Virus record (IMG/VR): IMGVR_UViG_3300030099_004448
Coordinates: 1-64,000 of that record
Direction: 5' to 3' (one strand)
Length of the DNA: 64,000 nt
Under the pieces are notes generated by a model, which ran no database searches, was not told where the DNA came from, and saw only the letters and a program-made list of their open reading frames with translations. Positions 35,501 to 44,800 of the stretch are shown here, one piece after another. The position numbers and the translations under genes are program-made. Numbering within the stretch: the first letter of the stretch is position 1; every line of letters starts with the position of its first letter.

Positions 35501-35781
35501 GAGGTGGCGGAACAATCACCATACTTGGATCTGGGGATGAATCTATTGCCAGAACTCACAAAGGAACGGGAGGACTATTCGGTCTTGCGTCTGGACTCGA
35601 AGCTTATGCACGTACACCTTACATCGGTGTTGGTACGATTTATATCGGTAAGTATGATCCTAATGGTGAGGCAGCTCAGGGTGCTGGCGGATTAGGTGGT
35701 CTCGCTGGTGGCGGATTGTCAGGTGGCGGAACGGAAAAACGCAACTTTGAACCACCAAGAGTATTTGTGTCCATAATTTAA
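32512..35781 (+). CDS. Repeat-rich virion structural protein (1089 aa)
   Basis: G/S/T-rich with internal repeats; located in the structural cluster. Confidence 0.8.
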   Translation: MPSVYKYNLEQADFPYEQEDYGTLSGSVSSTVDYGSGLPVQSIPDYSTDLYYPPTPIPSTPPGLPYLNFGFIYETQDQYPGGGLTTSGLIGEAKTTKDYTPPLDLYIILAGEVLKKLVKVWVGTGQLFEIREDGGIRLIRQTGEASGTLRFDESTVGATEKVSFNPPENNQLYSISGSSVEKFVANTPEDTILFSAGGVGLTRQEWNYGYYGDDNDPGTSGIVTLGAGSVPTGVSFIVELDGNGSLFSLGEKDESVTWSYNKSSIGFGTEDWGYVYEQAAPINWGFITDPVGGSDQNWGLITETDFTELPFGSILFDQTVEGDTRLLYLYQVTGAGTSGGITISGRPLVHPDVDYTPHYGIDQNIGIGTTGIQISGEIENPTRTFSHEASGNIKFLRSIFEGSNLTLDGSTPTFDSDQQYWDSTQGTAAKESFTGDPPEEVILYNTSGTASETFIAQTPEDVVLFRISGEIEEPLLTFSEVGVPGVITLTGTAVERQTDDYAGVGIATFVGDAATRPIGVFGQGGTSTDGGGITILGELNHPNIDYTPHYGIDQNIGVGTTGILFSIGPGGFDIAGNPIGGRYYSPIYPGNAGGVEGPGSPGIGTFRLNDDRELTITRALLPYFGRGTINVTGIASEAFGNQVDDDVNVILFDISGDAIERPVQVYGYYGDDRDPGTSGIITISTQTTETVEKVVYDYVGSGNANFSGAASDVRLVTAYEASGTLFVQGGSAEARTADPADETVLYTFSGNALESYNRAPVIGSGTLTVSGAVSDIKTTFDEVGSGTIEFSDSAIAQVRYVPSIFGSVLFKVGLNLDITCDNDVFECDHFSDALYSFTKNLTDENETASLTVSGSAGTREVDLFQDYTTTGNLTFSSSATERFTFTPETSGTFSITGIAEESYSRANFSGSGTFSTLNGAAEKFRFNPVGGTILYDIGGSSTTRIEKEYTAVGLGFATFSGSAETRIERELRVSNTVLFQVSGELNHPNIQYIPHYRGGGTITILGSGDESIARTHKGTGGLFGLASGLEAYARTPYIGVGTIYIGKYDPNGEAAQGAGGLGGLAGGGLSGGGTEKRNFEPPRVFVSII

Positions 35782-35785
35782 GATA

Positions 35786-35792
35786 CTAAATA
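35786..35792 (+). promoter_or_regulatory. T4-type late promoter (CTAAATA)
   Basis: Intergenic, upstream of the tail fibre gene. Confidence 0.65.
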
Positions 35793-35829
35793 TATCAGAG
35801 AAAGTAGTAGTTGAAGAGCACGTCGTACT

Positions 35830-38800
35830 ATGACCAAACAGGTACAACTTAGAAGGGGTACAGCAGCCGAACATGCTGTTTTCACGGGTGCGGTCGGAGA
35901 ACTAACAATTGATACCACTAATGATGTGGCAATCGTACATGATGGTGTGACTCAAGGAGGTCTTCCCCTAGTTGGAACCTTAGCAGAGCAAAAAATATTA
36001 AATAAAACCGCAATTGGTATTGGAACGGGATCACTTAACGAAGGTCTATATGTAAAAGGGAAGACTGACATCAGGGGCGATCTCTTCATGCTCCCTGATC
36101 CTACATTAACTTATACTGGTATTATTTCTTATTTCGATAGTCAGAATACCATCACTGGTATTGCTACTGCTGGCGTTGATATTGGAAATAGATTTGCTCT
36201 TGGACCACAAGTTCACGTTGGTAGTGGTGCAACTATTGGTGCTGGTGCGACTACTTCAACTGTCACGGGTGTTGGACAATCAACTATTACTCTCTCCGAC
36301 ACCTTTGATACTGGATATTTTGCCACTCAAGATGGTGAATTAGACGGATTTTATGATGGTGTAGACCCCACCACTGGTCCAGAATTCATTGTCGGTATTG
36401 ATACTAGTGGTATTGCTGCTTCTTGGAGGGTGACTGGACCTGGTATCCAAGATGATACTAGAGTTTTCGCAGTTGGTGCTGGTCAAGTTCAAATTGATAA
36501 ATTAGCTTTTAATACTACTGCTGGTAGAACAATTCAAGCAGGTGACACAACTGCAGGATCTAATATCATTACTATTGATGATACTGGGGAAGGTATTGCT
36601 ACAGGAATGGTCGTTACTGACGACATTAATGGAACAGCAAATATTCCTGCAAATACAACAATTACTCAAATTATTAATGGCACTAATATCAGAATAAGCA
36701 ATAATGCTATTCTGAGTACATCAACTGACATTAAGATGACCAATCGCCAAACTTTTAAGTTTGGTGAATTCTCTAATATTTCTTTCACCGCATATTTTGA
36801 TAGTGCTGGTATCGGTAGTATTGGTGCGGGTAATCTTCAACTAACTAAGTTTGCTAAAATTGGTGAAGATCTAGAAGTTTCTGGTATCGCAACCATTGGT
36901 GCAGGTCTTTCTGTTTTATCGGGAAGAATATTCAGTGCTGGAGAAATTTTTGGACAGTCTACTGGTCAAGTTGCTGGACAATGGACTGCAAATAGACTTA
37001 TTTCAGAGAACGACATAACAGGTGTCGGTCTCACCATGCAGAACTACGTTGTTTCTGACAGATGTTACTTCAACATCAGTGATAACGGTATTGTTCGCAT
37101 GAACTCTGGTATTGCGACTTCTTTCAATACTCAGAGTCTCACAGTTACCACTGGTATTGTAACGTCACTAACTGCAGTCAATTTAGCGGTTGAACAAACA
37201 GGTACATTTGGCGACAACGTTATCCTTAATAATGGTAACTTAAATGTCAATAGTGGATTCATCTTTGGTGCAGGTGACCTTGATATTGGGGGACAAGCTG
37301 AGATAGGTGGCGACCTCAATGTAACTGGATTTACAACAGTTGGTGGCGGTGCAACGTTTACTCAGGGTATTTGGGTATCTGCAGCTGCTACTGTTATTAA
37401 TAATGTAGAGATTCGTGATGGAAATCTGACCGTATCCAGCATTGGATTTGGAACTGTTACTTCATATAAAGGACATGGTTTATCCATAGAACCAAATGTA
37501 AACATTGGTGGAGATGGTGGACCTGGCATTTTAACTGCAAAGTATATTGTAGCAAATAATACTGGAGATATTGCAAAAACTGGTAGTACAGTCGATTATC
37601 TACCATTCCAAATTACTGGTATTGACACTTCTAATATTTTCCGTGGAGATAGAGTATCTGCAGCAGGCACAGTATCTGTATATACGATTAAAAACCCTGC
37701 TATAGTTACTGATATTGGTGTTAGTAAAATATTTGTAAGCCAACCAATTGAAAGAACTGGATCTATTACAACTAGTTTCGGTTACTTGGATGGAGGTCCA
37801 GGTATTTCCACTATCAGCGGTATTAACACGACAGGTGCTGTCGTAGGATACGGTATCACTTTCGGAGCAACAGCGGAAGGAACTACCATTGCTGCTATTG
37901 GTGTTAGTGCTATTACTTTATCCGCACCCGCAACAAATACTAGAGATGAATTATTTACAGTCACTGGTGGATCCATCGGTCTTGGTCTTACTGTAATTAC
38001 TGGTGTTAATACATCTAATGTTGAAATTGGTGATATTGTTGAAAACCCAATTGCATTTACAGGGGTCCCTCCAATTGTAGGTTCTATTGGAGTTGGTAGT
38101 ATTACAGTTTCCTATGGTGCAGCTGCTGCGGTATCCAATGGAAGTTTCCAAATCTCACTTAAGAGGGACGTTTATTGGGGTCCCGCAACTGGTATTACAT
38201 CAGACTTCTTGGTAACAAATCCAAATTATGGAAGATTTGAAGGCACTCACCTAGAAGTTGAAAGAGTAGGAACTATTAATGTAACTGCTAGTGATATTAC
38301 GGCAGCAAGTGGTATTATCACTTCACTAATATCTACAAATCTAAATTATGATGTTTCTTATGGTGGCACTGCTTACATTAATAGTGGTATCGTAACCAAC
38401 CTTAATATCACCAACTCTGTAATCGGTGAAGTTGGCATTACCACTTCCTATACAGATCTTTCAAACTTTGATGTTGGTATTGGTACTGTACTTCATGTAA
38501 CTGATGTCTATGCAACCAATGTTTATGCAAACGTTGGTGTTGCGACTGCTCTTGATACCCCATTACTACAAGTAGGAACTGCAAATATTGCTGCTGGTAT
38601 CATTACTTCTGCTGGAATTAGTAGTGCTTACATCGATCGAACAGAAATTAATACTGGTATCATTACAGCTGCAGCTATAGAAGAGGTTGCAACTCCTCTT
38701 GCATACATTAATTCTGGTATCTTTACTGATGTCAACGTAACTACTCAAAATACCAACGAACTAAGATTCAATACTGGTTTTGCTACCAACTTCACGGTCA

Positions 38801-41800
38801 GCGAAAATATAAACGCAACTAGAATTACTGCAACTGACACCGTTTCTCTTGGTTCTTCTGTTGGTATTGGTAGTGTAGTTATCGATAATGCTTTCGTAAA
38901 TACTGGCATCTTTACTGATATTGGTGTAAGTACTGCTAGATTTGATAATCTATACTTCAATAACGGTATTGGTACATACCTCGGACTTACTACTGGATTT
39001 GCAGATGGTTTAGGTATCCATAGTGTATATGCTAACACTGGTATCTTTACCGCAGTTCAAATTCAAGGAAGTAACATTGCAAATTCTGCAAACTTTGAAC
39101 GTGCAGTTATCGGTATTCTTACAGTAACTCAGGACATCTTTGGTGTTGATCAAAAGAATACTGGTGTTTCTACTTTTGGATCTGCAACCATCAATGGTGT
39201 AGGTCAAACTGATTTCCATATGACTGGCGATATGAGAGTCAGTGGAGAAGTCAAGATTGGTATTGGAACCACTGGTATTACTATCGATGGAGATTCTACC
39301 GATATAGTTGGTGTCAGTACTTTCGTAGCGAATGCTGGCATTATGTCATCTGTGACAATATCTGGTATTAACACAACTACAGGTCTTTCTAGAAATGTAA
39401 CTCTGAAGACTTCTTCTTCTGGTATTGCAACGGATTATACACTAACGTTACCTGCAAGACTTGGTAAAGTTGGTCAGGTTCTTTCTCTACAAGAAGATAA
39501 TACCATTGGATTTAACACTGGTGGTCAAGGTCTGTATGAAAACAGATATTATGTATCTGCAGTTAACGGTGATGACACCAACGATGGTAAGACTCTACCA
39601 ACCAAGTCCATCAGAAGGGCTGCACAATTGGCATCCTTCGATTCATTCGTAATTCCAGGTCAGAGATATCTGGATGCTGGTGATTTGATGGAGAACAACA
39701 AAGACTTCATTGTTGATGAAGTTGTTGGTAAAGTTGAATTTAACTATGAAAATATTGGTCTTTCAACCATTTTCCCAGACTATAATCAGTCCATTTGGAA
39801 GACTTACGTTGGGGACACATTAGATGATCTAATCTATAACATCAGATTCGGTGGAAACAACCAAATCAGAGCACGTGCTGTAGGTTTTGGTACTACTACT
39901 TTCTCAACCACTACCGAACCTGCACTATATGCTTTTGAATATCTGAGATATATCACTCAGTATGTTGTTAATAATCAAACTCCACCAACATTCTACAGTG
40001 ATCCTTCTGTAACTCAACAGAGTTTTGACTTTACGATCACCCAAGATCCAGAAAATAATAATGCAAACTATTTCAATAGAAATAAGAGCGCAAGACTTCT
40101 TCTAAGTGGAAACAGACAAGAAATTATTGATAAGTCACTTGCATCCGTCGCAATTGGTGTTACCGATGTTCCCTCGTTCTACTTCCCAGGCGATGACGGT
40201 CCTGTAACTGATAGATCCAGATTCTACACTGCATATCGTTTAATCCAGAAGAACAGACAAGAAATCATTGATTATGCATGGGCAGCAACTGTTGCAACCT
40301 ATCCTGGCATTTCTTCTACGGAAGTTAAGTGTAAGAGAGACCTTGGATACTTTGTTGATGCAATTTCGACTGATATCTTCTGCGGTAGTAACGAATACGC
40401 AAGAAGATTCATGGGATTCTACTTCGATGCGAACGGAAACCCAACAGGAAATGGTTTACTCGGTGAAGAAACAGAGTCTGTATTTGCATTCACAGAAGCT
40501 GCGGTTGGTATGTCCTCTGCAGTCTGTAACTTGCTTGCAGTAACAGATCTAACAGCACCAAGTGATCCTCTTACAGGAAGTAATAATAATGCATCCAATT
40601 GTGCTAACGTAAGGTCCACAATCACCACACTGACTGGTATTGTTACCACAACCGTCGCAGCAGGTTCTACTTCTGGAATCTCCACTACTCCAAACTATGG
40701 TTACTTTGTCGTTGATTATGAAACCAACGTTCGCGGAAACGTAGGTATTGCAACTACCATGGTCACAGGTGGTAGAAAGTGTGCAAGAGACCTTGGATAT
40801 ATCATTGATGCAGTCACAATGGATGTATCGTTTGGTAGTAACCAACATATTCAACGTGCAACTAAGTTCTACTTTGATGGTGCTGGTAATCCTAAGACTG
40901 ATGGATTGGTTGCAGAAGAAGCGATTTCTGGTTATGCATTTACAAGTCTTGCCTACTATGCTAAGAAGGCAATTACTAACCAATTAAACTTCCAAGACTT
41001 TACCAGACCATTTGATCCTGGTATTGGAACTAACAAAGGTGATTTGGTCTGTGCAAACACTCAGGCATCAATCGATAACTTAGTTGGTATCCTTACAACT
41101 GCTGTACTTAGTGGATCACTGGCAGGTATTCCAACCTCAATTAACTTCGGTATTGCAGATTGTGCTGATGTAAGACAGTCAATCTATAACTACGTCGGTA
41201 TTGTTACAACTGCAGTTAGTGGAATCGGTTCTATCCCAGCACTCGATAATCCCCAAACACAATCACAACCAGTTTGTATCTTCGTTGAGGCTGGTAACTA
41301 CGTAGAAGACAACCCAATCATCCTTTATGATGATATCGCAGTTGTTGGTGATAACCTAAGAAACACCATCATTAGACCTAAGAACCAAGGTAAGGACCTC
41401 TTCCGTGTAAGAAACGGTATGTATCTGACTGGTTTCGCGATGAAGGATGCGATTGATGCTGCAGGTATTCCTCAGTCTACTTGGAGATTCGCAGTTGCAT
41501 TTGACGATCCATCAGATACATCGGTCTCCAGAACTGGTTATGCAACCAAACTGGATAAACCAATTATCAGTAGATCTCCTTATATTCAGAACTGTTCGAT
41601 TCTTTCTTTCCTTGGAGGTAACGGTATTCTGGTTGACGGTGCTAAGGTACAGTCACCAAACACTCCAATTATTAAAGAAGAAGTCGAACTCAACGCAGAC
41701 AGTGTACAACCTGAACAGGGTAAGTCCATGGTTGCTGCGGCATTCACCATGGTTTCCTTCGGTGGTATTGGTTGGCGTGTTATTAACGATGGTTATTCTC

Positions 41801-44800
41801 AGGTTGTTTCCTGTTTCCAAATCTTCTGTAGATATGGTTCACTTGCACAGTCTGGTGGTTATCTCTCAATTACTAACTCCGCAACCAACTTTGGTTTCTA
41901 CTCTCTAAGGGCGACAGGATTCTCTAGAAACTCCTTTATCTTCGATAGAGGTAGAATCGCTGCAACTGGTACTGCAGGTGGTCTACAGACCCTTAAGGCA
42001 GTAGGTTACGGACGTTCTGACATCGATAACTATGTTCTTAGATTCTTCGATGATAGTTTAGTAGATAGAACTAACCTATTCAAACCCACTACAACTCAGA
42101 AGGACTTTAATGCAGCAACTGCGGTCAACACGGTTGCAGAAACTCTCACAATCACCAACCACGGATTTACCAATGGTGATCCTGTTGTTTACAATGGAGA
42201 TGAGGACGCACAACCACAAAGAATTATCGGTGGTCTTGTTAATGATAACCAGTATTATGTTGGTTACATTGATGCAAATACCATTCAACTTTATGAAGAT
42301 GACTCTCTTGCACTTCTAGTTGATCTACAAGATACTGGTGGCGGTGGTATCCATACCCTGACGAAGGCAGCACAAGACTTCTTCGCAACTCAGGTTACCG
42401 ACGCACACAACTCTTATCAGATGTTGACCCTAGCGGGTGTTGGTTCTACTGCAAACTTCCAGTCAGGTAGACTTATTCAACAGACTGTTGCTAGTGGTAC
42501 TGCAATTGGTTACGCTGTAACTTACTACGATTCTAGTAGAGAACTTCTAGTTGGTCTGGAACTATCTGGTGGTATCAGAAGACCATTCGCAGTTTCCGAT
42601 GGTGTTAGTAATTTAACAGTTACCGATCACACCTCACCAAACCCAATTGCAATTGGTATTACTGTTGTTGCGGGACTATCTACTTATTGGACCGTTGAGT
42701 TTAAGGTTGACTCCACCACAACTGGTAACCAGATTCTTAATGTTGCAGATCTACCCGAAGATTATAGACTACACTTCCATAGACCTTCCATCGTTAACTC
42801 TTCTGCACATACCTGGGAATACTCTGGTTCTGGTATTGACTATAACGCTCTACCAGAAAATGGAGGTAAATCCGATCCAAATACTGAGCAGGTCTCTGAA
42901 CTTGGTGGACGAGTTTACTCCTCAGGTACTAACGAACTGGGTGACTTTAAGGTTGGTGATGCAATTACCGCATTCAACAGAACAGGTAATATTATCTTTA
43001 ACAACACCGTTACCATCGGTACATTGGATTCTATCCGACTGTCCCTATCTGGTGGTGCTGTTATTGAAGAGTTCTCCACTGATGTTGGTCTTGGAGACAA
43101 TGAAACTGGTGGTGCTAAGAACACCAGAATTTCAACTCAGTTAGCAATCAGATCGTTCCTCAACAACAGACTTGGTTCTGTTCTTGATAAGACCGTATCA
43201 ACTAACGCAATTCCAAACGCAATTGTTCAGTTGAATGCAATTGGTCAGATCAACGCTGACCTAGTTCCACCAAGATCTGTAAATTACTTCAGATCTGATA
43301 ATGATGGCGGCAGAATTCAACTTGTAAACTTGATTCCTGCAACTAATCTCAATCAGGGTGATACCGTTGTTGAACCAACTGACTCCTTCGTTCTAATCTC
43401 CGACTTGCTCGGACAATACCTGATTCTTGATTCCACTAATGATGCTGGTATTGCACTTACAGATTTCAGTTTCAGTAACGGATTTGAAGTTGTATCTGCG
43501 GTTACTGGTGGTGGTGCAATTGGTCTCGTTACAGGACCTCCAGGAGTTGGTGTTAATACAACCGTTGTAGACCCTGCAATTGGTTATGGCACAACTGGTC
43601 TAGTTAAGGGTGTACCAATTGCAGTTACTAATCTACAAGGTGGTTCTGGATATTCTAACCCAGGCATTTACACTGGCGTAAGACTGGATCAATCTTCTGG
43701 TATTGGTACTGGAACGAGTGCTAAGATTACCATTGGACCTTCTGGTAACGTAACAAACGTTGCTATCCAAACTGGTGGATTTAAATATGCAGTTGGTGAT
43801 ACTCTAACTCTGAATGATCCAAATGTAATTGGTGGTAGAGTTGGTGGATCTAACTTCACAATTGATGTTGGTGAAGTTGAAACAAGACTATATCTTGCAC
43901 TGCAAGAAGGCAGCGCAGGTACTCAGAAGTTCCCTGGTAGTACTGTTCTTCCAGATTACATCGCTGATGAAAGTGCAGTTGGATATTCAACGAACATTGG
44001 TATTGCACTAACTGAGACATTTACTCCAACCGATTATCTTGTCTCTGGTAGCGTTGACTTTGCAAATGATCGCATCATTCTTGGTTCTGGTCACCCATTT
44101 GTTGATGGAGACCCAGTTCTTTACAAAACGAACGGTGGTGTTGTAATTAGTGATCTACTTGATAGTGAAATTTATTACATCAAGACAGTTGGTATTACAT
44201 CAGTTCAACTGTACACTACTTACGCACTCACGACCGTCAAGTCACTTCTCAGTTCTGGTACTGGAACACACTCTCTAAGTAGAGTTGGTGTTACAACTCA
44301 AACTGATCAGATCATATTCAAAAACCACCCATTTACTCAGGGTGATGCCATTAGAATTCAAGTTGGAAGTGCAGCGCCAATTGGTGTTACAACTGGAAAC
44401 TTCTATTACATTGGTTCTACGACAACCAACTCCTTCACACTACATACCACAAGAAATCAAGCACTGGGTTCTGTTAACGGTCTTATCCTTAACACTATTG
44501 ATCTGGACACTGCATACGGAGCAAACGTTGGTGTCGTAACCTTCCAGGAACAAAATGTTGTTTACACCAAGTCTGTAAACACTTCTTCTTCAGACGTTAG
44601 TAACTTCTCTCTACTTTCCTCCAGTTCACTTGATGCTCAGAATATCATTTCTGGTGTATTTGATCCTGCTAGACTGGGTTCTGGAACTGCAAACGCAGAA
44701 GTTGTTCTTTACGGTGATTCTTCCTTTAAGAAGGTTATCAAGTCTGTTGGTATTGGAACAACTCAACCAATTGGTGTAACTTACACCTCTGCAGATCTAG

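Noticed and set aside
35830-36000. Mtd_N-like start of the fibre, suggesting a diversity-generating retroelement
   Set aside because: No reverse transcriptase, no TR/VR pair differing at adenines and no C-terminal CLec-type domain is visible; the protein ends in an S74 chaperone. A DGR elsewhere in the genome cannot be excluded.
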